Below are positions 28,394 through 37,900 of a stretch of 55,058 bases of DNA, in pieces. A program made the translations under genes and the position numbers. The DNA is taken from positions 1 through 55,058 of the IMG/VR virus record IMGVR_UViG_3300021520_000004; one strand, 5' to 3'. Within the stretch, counting starts at the first letter, position 1; each line of letters starts with the position of its first letter. A model generated the notes under the pieces. That model saw nothing but the letters and a program-made list of their open reading frames with translations. It searched no databases and was not told the origin of the DNA. The stretch is from a virus. Taxonomy: Duplodnaviria; Caudoviricetes.

Positions 28394-29089
28394 TCAGTCG
28401 GCGCTGATTGACTCAGTGTGACCACGCGAAATGTCAGAGACGGAAGGCAGGGGGCGCTTCCTGAGCCGATGTTGATTTCCCCACCAGTGAAGACAAGAGG
28501 CGTCAGGGTACTGGTCGTAGTGCCCCAGCCGATCAAGTTGATGACACCGCACCGGGTAGAACCACTCCTCTGGAAACACCTTCACGTCCGGGTGCCTCCG
28601 CAGGACCGAAGTGAGGTAGTGCGGCCCGGTCATCTTCGCCGGTCGAGAGCCAGCCAGCCGACTCACCCGGTCCGGTAGACCGGCTACCAGATCGAACAGC
28701 AGGGGATGGCCAGGGACGCAACCCATGATGGCGTTGTTGGCAACCTCGTCCTGAATCTCCCACGCGCAGAAAGCATCCACGTCCTCAAGCAGGGCGTCGA
28801 TGGGCTTCAGGCACTCGAAGTCCGTGTCGATGTAGACCCCGCCGTAGCGGTGGAGGATCTCGAAGCGCGCGAGGTCGGAACGGAACTGTCCCTCGAAGCC
28901 GGGGCAGATGTCCGAGGCCGCATCGTAGAGTCGTTGGTTCACCAGGGGCGGAAGTTCGGCCTCCGTCCACAGGCACATCTTCCAGTCTGGATGAAGCCGC
29001 TGCCAGCCCTCTCCGAACGTCTCGAAGAGGGTTGGCATGGCGGGGCCCACCCAAATCCTGTGGAACACCCGTGGGATGGTCTGGTCCAC
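28394..29089 (-). CDS. GT32/OCH1-like DxD glycosyltransferase
   Basis: IPRVFHRIWVG, RSDLARFEIL..YGGVYIDTD, TGP. Confidence 0.92.
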   Translation of the reverse strand: MDQTIPRVFHRIWVGPAMPTLFETFGEGWQRLHPDWKMCLWTEAELPPLVNQRLYDAASDICPGFEGQFRSDLARFEILHRYGGVYIDTDFECLKPIDALLEDVDAFCAWEIQDEVANNAIMGCVPGHPLLFDLVAGLPDRVSRLAGSRPAKMTGPHYLTSVLRRHPDVKVFPEEWFYPVRCHQLDRLGHYDQYPDASCLHWWGNQHRLRKRPLPSVSDISRGHTESISAD

Positions 29090-29262
29090 TATCCCTGCGC
29101 TTCCTGGATCAGATGGGCCTCGTGGGCCTCATGAGCCGTGTGAGCGGCTTGGCGGACATCGGTGGCTACGGCGATGCCGTGCGCTCTGTGGGCCGCCTGA
29201 CGAGCGACGGTCGCCACATGGGCGACGTGGTTGACGTGGGCGGTGCGGCGGGCAGATGCCAT
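29089..29262 (-). CDS. His/Ala-rich peptide 2 (57 aa)
   Basis: AAGGAGG RBS; MASARRTAHVNHVAHVATVARQAAHRAHGIAVATDVRQAAHTAHEAHEAHLIQEAQG; stop overlaps the GT32 start (TAGTG). Absent from the ORF track. Confidence 0.8.
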   Translation of the reverse strand: MASARRTAHVNHVAHVATVARQAAHRAHGIAVATDVRQAAHTAHEAHEAHLIQEAQG

Positions 29263-29303
29263 GTGTGGATCCTCCTTCTCCCGGTGCGGGCTTCAGAGCG
29301 TTG

Positions 29304-29390
29304 CTACAGGGTCGCCAGATGTGCCAGATGGGCGACGTGGGCGACGTGGGCCAGATGGGCGAGGTGGGCGGTGCGACGTGCAGATGCCAT
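29304..29390 (-). CDS. His/Ala-rich peptide 1 (28 aa)
   Basis: AAGGAGG RBS; MASARRTAHLAHLAHVAHVAHLAHLATL. Confidence 0.78.
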   Translation of the reverse strand: MASARRTAHLAHLAHVAHVAHLAHLATL

Positions 29391-29407
29391 GTTGCTGCCT
29401 CCTTCCG

Positions 29408-30019
29408 TCAGGAGCAGGGATAGATATGTTGGCCCGTGCCGTCCTCGATCAGCACGAACCGGTCTGGACCGCCCTGATGCACCTCGAGGAAGAGGCGGGC
29501 CGTGGGTGCTGGAACCGCCGCCGGGGGGGTCGGGGTCGCCGGCGGCGGTTCCAGTGGTTGTGACGGCGGCGCGGGGATGGGGTCCGCAGGCACCGTCGGA
29601 GGATCTACAGCGGGGGCAGGAAGCACACGAGCACATGCAGCGGCAACTGCGGCCTGGGCTGTGGCCTTGCTGGCCGGCGCGAGCAGGGCGGGGTACAAGA
29701 CCTTGGAACTCAGCACTGTGAGGAGGATCCCCGATACGATGGCAGAGAGCCACCAGGGTAGCCATGTGGGCCACTCGTTCCCGGCCAGGGACGCGCCGAC
29801 ATCGAGCTTCAGCGCCAGACATGCTCCGATGCAGATCGCCCCGGCCAACCCCATCCAGACCACCTTGTCGGGCAGACTGGCCTTCCACTTGGCGGGGATC
29901 CTCTTCCACCAGTAGAAGGCGCCCTTCACCCCTTGGGTGATGGCGAGGGCGATGAACGGGATCGCCATCGCGATGACGCCGACGGTAGCCGGACTGAGCG
30001 AAACCGGGAAGTCCTCCAT
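29408..30019 (-). CDS. Holin-like membrane protein with Pro-rich C-terminus
   Basis: Three hydrophobic segments, Pro/Ala linker, located in the lysis cassette. Confidence 0.7.
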   Translation of the reverse strand: MEDFPVSLSPATVGVIAMAIPFIALAITQGVKGAFYWWKRIPAKWKASLPDKVVWMGLAGAICIGACLALKLDVGASLAGNEWPTWLPWWLSAIVSGILLTVLSSKVLYPALLAPASKATAQAAVAAACARVLPAPAVDPPTVPADPIPAPPSQPLEPPPATPTPPAAVPAPTARLFLEVHQGGPDRFVLIEDGTGQHIYPCS

Positions 30020-30020
30020 C

Positions 30021-30380
30021 CTACCAGGGCGGTTTGTCGTGGGTCTTGGGATCCACTACCTTCATCTCATCGTCCGGTGTGGGCGCCATGACGGGGTCTT
30101 GGCGCAGTTTGTTCTGGTAGGCGGCCGTCACTCCGAGGATGGCTCCGCAGACGACCAGGGAATTCAGCACGGCTAGCACGTAACCCCACCAGAGTAACCC
30201 CGGCGTTGAGGCTGCGACTGCCGCCACCATCACGGCGGCGCTCAAGCCAAGAGCACAATAGCGATTGATCTGATCGGTGTACTTTTCACCGATAACGCTT
30301 TTGAGCACAGTCAAAAGTAGACTAACCGCAGCAACAGCTCCCGGAATAGTCGCCAGTTGCAATAACGAAAACTCAGTCAT
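30021..30380 (-). CDS. Holin-like membrane protein
   Basis: 119 aa, three TM segments. Confidence 0.7.
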   Translation of the reverse strand: MTEFSLLQLATIPGAVAAVSLLLTVLKSVIGEKYTDQINRYCALGLSAAVMVAAVAASTPGLLWWGYVLAVLNSLVVCGAILGVTAAYQNKLRQDPVMAPTPDDEMKVVDPKTHDKPPW

Positions 30381-30420
30381 GCCTTTGCGCTCCTTCTCAT
30401 TAGAACAGCCGGACGGAAGG

Positions 30421-30920
30421 TCAGAACCCAACGTCAGCCAAGCGCGCCATGTATCTCGCGTCCTTCTCCTCCAGGTCGGCCACGTATTGGTCAAGGCCGG
30501 GTTTGTCACCGTAGTAGATGGTGGCGAACTCGCGGTATCGTTTCTGCCGCAACAGTGGGATGTAGGCCCCGCCGGCCGACTGCTTGAGGAAGCACCCCCA
30601 GGCGCGCATACCAACATCCGGTGACGGGAAGATGAACCACACGCCCTCCCCCACTCCGGTCATCTTGCCGCTTGAGTAGTCGTGCCAGCAGGCGTTCTCC
30701 GGTGTCCGGTCACGGTAGCGGATGTTGCCGTAGTTACAGGCGACGGCAGTGATGGGACCGCCAAGTATGGGGTCCCCCAAGGATGACTCGTTGCCGAGGA
30801 CGCACAGTTGCCCGACCACTGGGACGCCGAACTCCTCCAGGTTTCGGAGAATCATCACTCCAGTGATTGGACTGTGATGCGGCCCGAACCATTGGGCGTC
30901 GAGGAGGTCGGCTAGGGCTT
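30421..30920 (-). CDS. Lysozyme-like (glucosaminidase-type) domain, probably reached by -1 frameshift or non-standard start
   Basis: Frame open upstream of the GTG at 30858 (ALADLLDAQWFGPHHSPITG); NESSLG, NYGNI, FPSPDVG, YY motifs. Confidence 0.65.
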
Positions 30921-31871
30921 TGGGAGAGGCCAGATTTCCCCTTTGGGATCGAGCTTCAACCTCTCGGCGGCCAGGTCGTGGTCAAGGACCGCCTGCAGCC
31001 GAGTGGCCTCTGCGATGTTGCCCGCAGCCTTGGCCTGGTCAATGAGCCGGAGGAACTTCAGCTCCATGCTGTCGCTCCGAGCCTTCGCCAACCAGAAGTG
31101 GTCTTGTTCGGAGAGCATGTCTTCCTCCTGTGCTTGGGTGGCCGTGAGCAGTTGCGCTTGGGTGATGTACGTGCCGGGGCAGGACTTTGGACTCTGCCCG
31201 TTGATGTAGCACTGCCGGTGCATGGTCAGGCCGTCACGGGTCTTGAGCGCCCCGCCATTGCTGCCGAGATTCACCCACTGCAGCGGGATGTTGGCCCACT
31301 CGCAGATGATGCGGGCGGCGCGGCCGGCCATCGCCAGTTGAACCGCCGTGAGCGGCCCCGCGTCGCCGTTGTGGACTTGCTCCATGTGAAGCACGTACCC
31401 GTTCCAATCGGTCGCCCCGACCTGGTTGTACAGGGACGGATGGTGCCCGATCCAGATGCCGTCCCACGAGAGCCAGAACTGCGGCCCGTGACCGTAGGGG
31501 AAGCCCCGAGCGTCCCGGAAGTAGTTGAAGCACCCCTGCACCGAAGACGCTCCATGCCACTGGGCCTCGGTCGGCGACTCAGTGTGGTGGAACACGAAGA
31601 AACGTGGCGCTCCCCCAGGGCGAGGCTGAGAGAGCAGCCACAGCTTCAGGTCGTCCAGGCTCAGGTGCCGGATGACCAGCATATGACTGGACTCGTCTTG
31701 GAACACTCCACCAGTGGCAGGAGCTTCCGCAGCGACCGGCTCGGGGTGAGTCGGCCACCAGTGGACGCGGCAGAGCACGGGTGCCTTAGTGTCCGCGTAC
31801 TCTGCCGCTCTGAGGGCGGTCACCTCTACTAGCTGGCCGCACTCCGCGCAGGGCAGGTAGATGGTGTCCAT
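30912..31871 (-). CDS. N-acetylmuramoyl-L-alanine amidase (Amidase_2) endolysin
   Basis: VFHHTE, MEQV, MHRQ, KSCPG; ATG overlaps the upstream stop (TGATG). Confidence 0.85.
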   Translation of the reverse strand: MDTIYLPCAECGQLVEVTALRAAEYADTKAPVLCRVHWWPTHPEPVAAEAPATGGVFQDESSHMLVIRHLSLDDLKLWLLSQPRPGGAPRFFVFHHTESPTEAQWHGASSVQGCFNYFRDARGFPYGHGPQFWLSWDGIWIGHHPSLYNQVGATDWNGYVLHMEQVHNGDAGPLTAVQLAMAGRAARIICEWANIPLQWVNLGSNGGALKTRDGLTMHRQCYINGQSPKSCPGTYITQAQLLTATQAQEEDMLSEQDHFWLAKARSDSMELKFLRLIDQAKAAGNIAEATRLQAVLDHDLAAERLKLDPKGEIWPLPKP

Positions 31872-32953
31872 CACTTCACCAGCCAACGAGCCAGAAGTAG
31901 ACACAGCTCAAAGCGGGTCAAGAAGTCCAGCCACCGCTCCTCCAGCCAGACCAGACCGGGGAAGGTCGCTTTCACCCAACCCCTCGTCGCCAAGGTCTTC
32001 CAGTTGTCCACGTCCTGTACCCCGCTGATCCCGGCCCGCCGTGCCACGGTGATGACTTGGTGCTGAGTGACGTTGTTCTTGGGCCGGAACATATCGTCGG
32101 GGTAGCCCTGCATCAGCTTGGCCGTCTTGACGAGGTTGCCCTCTGGGAACCAGCCATTCGAGGTCGGCGGGTGGACGGACCCGTTCAAGTCGGTGTAGCC
32201 GTTTGGAAAGTCGCCCCAGGGGCGAGTCGCGAGGTTGGGTGCATCGATGATGGTGTGCGCTTCCATGGTCGAGCGGTCGAGGACGGGCTTGGTGTAGACG
32301 AGATTGCCACGGTCTCCGTACTCGTCACCCCAACTGTTCCAGAGCTTGTACGGGTTGGCGTCTTGGGGGACGTAAGCCACGAACAAGATGCGGTGGTAGC
32401 CACGCCGAACGTCGCCGTATCCTCCTGGCATGGGGACCACTCCACCGACGCGGGCCTTGTCGAACAGCGACTGCCAGACCTCGATGGAGATTGCCACGGG
32501 ACACTTCGAGGCTATCGCCATCTGCACCAGCGAGTCAGGGTCGTGCTTGGTTCCGGCATAGGACTCGATGCGATGAGTCCGGGCATTCTCATCAGCCCGT
32601 GCAGTGCGGTAGAACGGCGTCTCGCAGATTCCACGGTCGCGCTGGATGGTGTAGGCGACTCGTGGGTAAGTGCCGGGTTCGTCGTTCCCATCCTTGAGCT
32701 TGCACAGCTCGTACAGGTCGTCGGGGGAGAGGTCGTTCACCGTCCCCTGCTGCCGCTCGAAATACCACGACTGCTTGGCGTGGGCGTGACCGACACACCG
32801 AGGCTGACTACCTTGATTGCTATGGACGCCCAAGCCGGGGCGGTAGTCGAATGGCTCGACTGCTACGGTGGGGACGTACAGGCTTGCCAGGAAGTCGCGC
32901 TCATCTGGGGGGTTCAGTTGGCAGCCCAGTCCGAACTCATTCTGCATATCCAT
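31871..32953 (-). CDS. Papain-like C1 cysteine peptidase with SLH-like C-terminus
   Basis: DERD, NQGSQPRCVGHA, GYHRI, WNSWGDEYGDRG; LMQGYPDDMFRPKNNVT. Confidence 0.85.
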   Translation of the reverse strand: MDMQNEFGLGCQLNPPDERDFLASLYVPTVAVEPFDYRPGLGVHSNQGSQPRCVGHAHAKQSWYFERQQGTVNDLSPDDLYELCKLKDGNDEPGTYPRVAYTIQRDRGICETPFYRTARADENARTHRIESYAGTKHDPDSLVQMAIASKCPVAISIEVWQSLFDKARVGGVVPMPGGYGDVRRGYHRILFVAYVPQDANPYKLWNSWGDEYGDRGNLVYTKPVLDRSTMEAHTIIDAPNLATRPWGDFPNGYTDLNGSVHPPTSNGWFPEGNLVKTAKLMQGYPDDMFRPKNNVTQHQVITVARRAGISGVQDVDNWKTLATRGWVKATFPGLVWLEERWLDFLTRFELCLLLARWLVK

Positions 32954-32968
32954 CCTCCCGTGTTGTCA

Positions 32969-33433
32969 TCAAGAACCCTCTTCGGCCGGCGCATTCGTCT
33001 CCACCACGGTCCAGTGGCCTTGGGCCAGCGTCTGGACGTGGCCGTTATCCAGCGTCACCACGAGTCGATAATCCCGGACACCGTCCGGCATGTCCGCGGT
33101 GTCATCGGCGCTCAGTTCCAAGTGGATGTGCTTGTTCACTCCCGTCGGCGTGATGATCGTGCATGGGTACTCCACCGGCGCATCGAACATGACACGAACG
33201 ACCGCGACGGCCTCGGTGAGGTCGGACGGCCACCCGGCACCGGTCGCGTTGTTGAAGGGGATCTCGCGGCCCTCGGTAGTGGAATAGTCGTCGCCCTGGA
33301 TGATGGGCCCGATGTCGTCCGTGGTCGTGACCGGGCTGATCACGGTGATGGTCGCCGCGCCCACCTTGGCGTCGATGGCGGCGACGGTGAGAGCCAGTGC
33401 GGCGATCGCGTCCAGGATGTCTTGCTCGGCCAC
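32969..33433 (-). CDS. BppU-N-like tail/baseplate adaptor protein
   Basis: IIQGDDY..DLT.A..LSADDTA..YRL..TLAQG pattern; GGGAGG RBS. Confidence 0.6.
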   Translation of the reverse strand: MAEQDILDAIAALALTVAAIDAKVGAATITVISPVTTTDDIGPIIQGDDYSTTEGREIPFNNATGAGWPSDLTEAVAVVRVMFDAPVEYPCTIITPTGVNKHIHLELSADDTADMPDGVRDYRLVVTLDNGHVQTLAQGHWTVVETNAPAEEGS

Positions 33434-33451
33434 GTTGAACCTCCCGATTTG

Positions 33452-33880
33452 TTAGGTGAGTTCTGTTCCCAGAAATCTTTGGCTGAACACAGTTCCCCGA
33501 ACGCTCCCGGTAGCGCCGTTCGTTATGGTTGTGAAGCTGACTTTGTGCCACCCCTCAGTGATTTTTCCGTTTCCATCCAGCGCCACGAACGGCAAGAGGT
33601 CTGCGTCCGAGACATACGTCAAATCGTTCAAGCTCGGGATGGTCACCCCATCAAGCGCCACGCGCACCGTGGCTGGCATGGCGCTCTCACGGATACCAAA
33701 ATCCAGTTCATGTGTGTGGTCCGGCGTCTCAAACTCGTGTGTATGATCCGGCAAAGAGACATCGTGCGTGTGCGCCATCCCGTGCTCGTGCGCGCCCGTG
33801 GCCGTCAGGATGCCCGAGATGAGGAAGTTGACGTAGGGCGATTCCTCGTCGTAGATCGGGTGGATGTGGGTGTCAGTCAC
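33452..33880 (-). CDS. Tail-tip protein C-terminal module (HxH repeats) as a separate ORF
   Basis: AHTHDVSLPDHTHEFETPDHTHELDFGI..LDG..GKITEGWH; GAGGAGG RBS. Confidence 0.75.
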   Translation of the reverse strand: MTDTHIHPIYDEESPYVNFLISGILTATGAHEHGMAHTHDVSLPDHTHEFETPDHTHELDFGIRESAMPATVRVALDGVTIPSLNDLTYVSDADLLPFVALDGNGKITEGWHKVSFTTITNGATGSVRGTVFSQRFLGTELT

Positions 33881-33889
33881 GAGTCCTCC

Positions 33890-34438
33890 TCATGGCGTCA
33901 CCAAAAGCACAGGGTGCAGCCACCCATAGAAGTATGCGGCATTAGCGAATCCGTCTAAGGGTTCTGCACTCTCGGTTGTTGCCTTCAGTACCAGATAGGT
34001 GAGGTCTTCCAGAACAATCGAGGATAGTTCGATGTCGTAGACCGCGCCCGCTAGGAACGGTCCAGCCAGTTCTCCGATCTTAGTCGAGAAGGCATCCCAA
34101 TCGCCTGGAGCGTCAAAATCTGGTCCCCACGACCCCATGTATACGCCTATCGTCATGCTCGCTCCGCATGTGGGATAGTCCTCTGTCATGGTCATCCTGA
34201 GTTTGGCCTGAGAGGGCGCGACTGTGAACTGTGTCGTGTCGAACGCCAGATAGTACCGCGCGACGGCATACCACTCGTCGCCAGCAGTCCCGAAGAAAGT
34301 CATAGTGGCCGATTCTGCGTCTCCAGTAAGCGGCCACGTGCCGCCGTACTTGGCTAGAGCGCCAGAGGCGGCCGCTAGGGGTAGTGAGATCGCGGCCGCT
34401 TCGCCTTTAACGGCCACTATGTCGAAGAAGAGCTTCAT
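33890..34438 (-). CDS. Beta-rich tail-associated protein (DNRLRE/CBM-like)
   Basis: RYYLAFDTT..QAKLRM..PVLLVT; ATGA overlap; visibly lower GC. Confidence 0.6.
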   Translation of the reverse strand: MKLFFDIVAVKGEAAAISLPLAAASGALAKYGGTWPLTGDAESATMTFFGTAGDEWYAVARYYLAFDTTQFTVAPSQAKLRMTMTEDYPTCGASMTIGVYMGSWGPDFDAPGDWDAFSTKIGELAGPFLAGAVYDIELSSIVLEDLTYLVLKATTESAEPLDGFANAAYFYGWLHPVLLVTP

Positions 34439-34998
34439 GAGAAGACGAAGGGGTTGTGATCCCAGCCTGCGACGGCCGAACCCTCTAAGCCCCAGATGCC
34501 ACCCGAATATGGGGTAAGCAAGAGCCACACAGTCTCGCCAGCGTGTGCCGTCGCGAAGGTAGAGAAGTCGAGTTCGATGATCTCATGCAGCGACCAAGGA
34601 CCGGACGCACTGCCGATGGGATCGCCAGCCACATGGTCCCCTCCCGGCGTGGTCCAGGCGACTCCGTCGGAGCGAGAGTTCCACGTGGTCTGCGAGAGAA
34701 CGGCAACCCCGTCCAGTTCATAGAGGGCTATCACTGGCCCTCCCTCACTAGCGTACCTGTGCGTCACGTCGATTTGTAGAAGGGCCGATGTAGTACCCGC
34801 CGGTATCGCGACGGCGAACACGGTGGACGAGGTGGGATGAGACACCTCGTCGGTTATGTCACTGCTGGCCTCTATGCCCCAGACGCTCCAGTTGGCCCAC
34901 TCGTCCCAGGTGTCGGGCGCCAGAGCGTCTAGCCCCATCGCGCCCTCCATCGGGCCGCCCTTGAACGCTCTGATGTCGAAGGACAACTCAAATGACAT
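34435..34998 (-). CDS. Beta-rich tail-associated protein (DNRLRE-like)
   Basis: TTWNSRSDGVAWTTPGGD motif. Confidence 0.6.
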   Translation of the reverse strand: MSFELSFDIRAFKGGPMEGAMGLDALAPDTWDEWANWSVWGIEASSDITDEVSHPTSSTVFAVAIPAGTTSALLQIDVTHRYASEGGPVIALYELDGVAVLSQTTWNSRSDGVAWTTPGGDHVAGDPIGSASGPWSLHEIIELDFSTFATAHAGETVWLLLTPYSGGIWGLEGSAVAGWDHNPFVFS

Positions 34999-37900
34999 CG
35001 GCGGTGCCTACCAACTTGCATGTGGTGGCCGATGTACGGACCACACGTATGTCCTTGATGCGTATGGCCGTCTCGTCGTAGTCCCAAGCCGACCACGCGA
35101 ACTGGACGATCTCAGCGTCGGTGTCGAACCCGTGGGTCCACTCTTCCGTCTCGAACTCTCCGTCGGCGGTAATCTCGACCGCGAGCGTCACAGAAGCAGT
35201 GTCGCCGCCACCAGTGCCGCCGCCACCTTCTGCCGGACCCGTGACAGCCGGTGTCCCGGTCTGAGCGTCGATAAGCGCGTCGGTGTCCCAAGCCGTTCCT
35301 GTCTGCTCAACCTCGAAACGCACCGAATAGCCCTCGTCCACGGGTACCTCTACACTCGCAGATCCCCCGGCCGCGATCGTCTCAGAGCCGGAACCGATAG
35401 CGCCCTCCGCTTCCCCGGGATACGTTCCATAGAGTGTCCACGGGAAGGTCGCCTCGGCACTGCCCTCGTTCTGGATGAGGCCCGTGAAGACGATATCGGA
35501 GCCGCCAGCCAACGCCGCGCACTCGACGGAACGCGCGGTGTTGGCGACCTGAACCTGCCGGGACGTGCCGATGCGGACGCCACCCGCGGCGCCGCCGGCT
35601 ATCCCCAGGAAGTGGTTGTTGGCGGCGGCCTTGAGTACGCTGATGCCATGGAGCAGAGAGTCGGCATCGGTCACCGTCGCCACCACGGTGTTGCTGGTGT
35701 CACTGATGCGGTGGATGGAGATCTTGGGGATGTGGATGTTGAACTTCTCGATCGCCTCGACGATCAGGGTGATGCCGGATGCGACCGAATCGGCATCGGG
35801 AGAAGAGATGGTCTGGGTGTCTGCCGTGGAGTGGTAGACATCGCTGTGGATGTGGGTGTTGATCTTGTCCTTGATGAGGTTGCAGGCGGTGAAGATGCCT
35901 ACGCTGGCGCGTCCGATGTGCGGGGTGTAGCTGGCGTCCAGGTCCGCGCAGAGCGTGACCAGAGACGGTTCGTCGTTCGCGTCGGCCGCCGTCGGCGCGT
36001 CATCCACGAAGGCGTAGTGCGAGGCAGTCCTGTTCACGTGGGCGATGATGTTGTCCTTGGCCGCGTTCGCGGATCCGCAGAGCGTCAGCAGTGTCGTGTC
36101 ATCCGGCGCCGCCATCGTGTTGTCGGTGTCGGCCGCCAAGTGATAGTCGGTCGAGCCGATGTGATTGTTGAACTTGGTCGCAAGGTTGCCGAGGAAGACG
36201 CGGCAGGACTCTCGGGTCGCCGGCGCGTGGTAGGTGAGGAGATCGGTGGTGTCCACCTTGTCGTGGACGCCAACCTCCCCGACCGCGACGACGATGGTGT
36301 CGGAGATGTCGAGCTCGTAGTGGATGTTGATCGCCTGGGCGGTCGTGGTCGTCTCTGACGAGGCATCGGCGGTCAGGACATCCGCACCGCCGTCCAGTGA
36401 CGTCACGTTCTCCCCGCCGCCAGACGCCGCTCCCTTGGCGTAGGAGCGCATGCCCCCCACCTGATAGCGCAGACGGAGGTCGAGCATGTCGGCGCCGTAG
36501 GGCACGAAGAAGTTAACCTCGGCCGGGTAGTCCGTGCCGCCGGCGGTCCGCTCGAACGCTTCCGAGAAGGAGGTGTTCGAGTCCGTGGGGACGCCCTGGT
36601 AGGACTTCTGGAGCGTCGCCAGGTTGCGCCGGTTCTCCAGCAGGGTGAGTTCCAGGCTCGCGCTTGGGTCGCCCACGACGAGGTTGGCTTCCAGGCTGCC
36701 GGTAGAGCGCTGGATTTCGAGGACCCGCCGGGAGAGATTGAGCGTCTTGTAGAGGAAGTGGATGGTGTCACCGGGAACGATGAGTGCCGCCTCGGTGTCC
36801 GTGATGCCGATGGTGTAGGTGTCCGTGTCCCAACAGGTCTGCTCGACCATGTTCGCCACCTTGGCCTGAGCCGTGGCGAGGTCTTTGATCTCCTTGTCGG
36901 TCGCGGTCCCACGCTGCACCCCATAGCTCTGCTCGCTGGTCTTCCCGTCGCGAAGGCCGGTGGCGCGGGCGTTCACGACCAACTGGTACTGGCCGTCGCC
37001 GTAGCAGAGCATGGTGAGGTCGTTGGCGATCTTCTGCCGGTCGCGCTTGCGGGCGAGCTTGGTCACGTTCCAGCCGCGCCGGAAGGTCACGACGTTGGCA
37101 GCGCGGAGATCCCGGCCGAGTGCGGCCACGTGCGTGATGGTCTTGGCAACGGCGTCGAAGGACAGTTCCCCGCCGACCGCCTTGACCACGGAGGCCACGG
37201 CCTCGAAGAGGCTCTTGTAGTCCCACTGCATGGAGATCAGGTTGTCGGTGGTGACCGTGAATCCGGTGACCTTGACGGTGCCGGCCACGATCTCCACCTC
37301 GACGGTGTGGCTGTTCGAGGGGTCCAGACCGGGGCACGTGAGAGAGACGGCCGTGCTCACGTCGATGGGAGCAGTGCCGGGCACCAACGTGGTGCCGCTG
37401 ACCGTGTACTGTTTCCCGTTGATGCGAACCTTGGCTGAAGCGCTCGCCCCGCCGGCCGCGAACCCGATGGTGACGAAGGGACCGTTGAATATCTGCCCGA
37501 TCCAGTCACCGGGGTAGGCGCCCGAGATGTCCGATGCGCCTAGCGTCCACACGCCGTAGCGCTCGATGGTCCCGGCGTTGAAGGGGATGAGTGCCGGGCG
37601 GGTGTCCATGGAACCGATGTACGTCCACCCGCTGTCGGGACCGATCTCCCAGGCGCGGGCGTCATCGAACCAGACCGCAACGTCACTCGCGTTGGCGAGC
37701 CCCAGACGCATGCGTCGGCCGGTAGCCGTGGCCGCGTCCGTGAGGACGGTGTGCGGGCCGCCATCGGCCGGGATGACCACCGACTCAGCCTCTGCCCAGG
37801 TTCCGTCGATAGCCTGGAACTGGATGGAGAGCGTGGCCGAGCCCGTGCCCGCTGAGAGCGCACAGGCGGTGATGCCCACCTGATACTGCTTGCCTGCCAT

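Noticed and set aside
29200-29390. 9-nt tandem repeats as a CRISPR array or non-coding satellite
   Set aside because: No repeat-spacer structure; third-position variation and RBSs show they are codons of the His-rich peptides.
32057-33958. Long plus-strand ORFs (633 aa here, also 49923-51965, 48177-49805, 34856-36358)
   Set aside because: Antisense shadows of high-GC minus-strand genes with no recognisable motifs.
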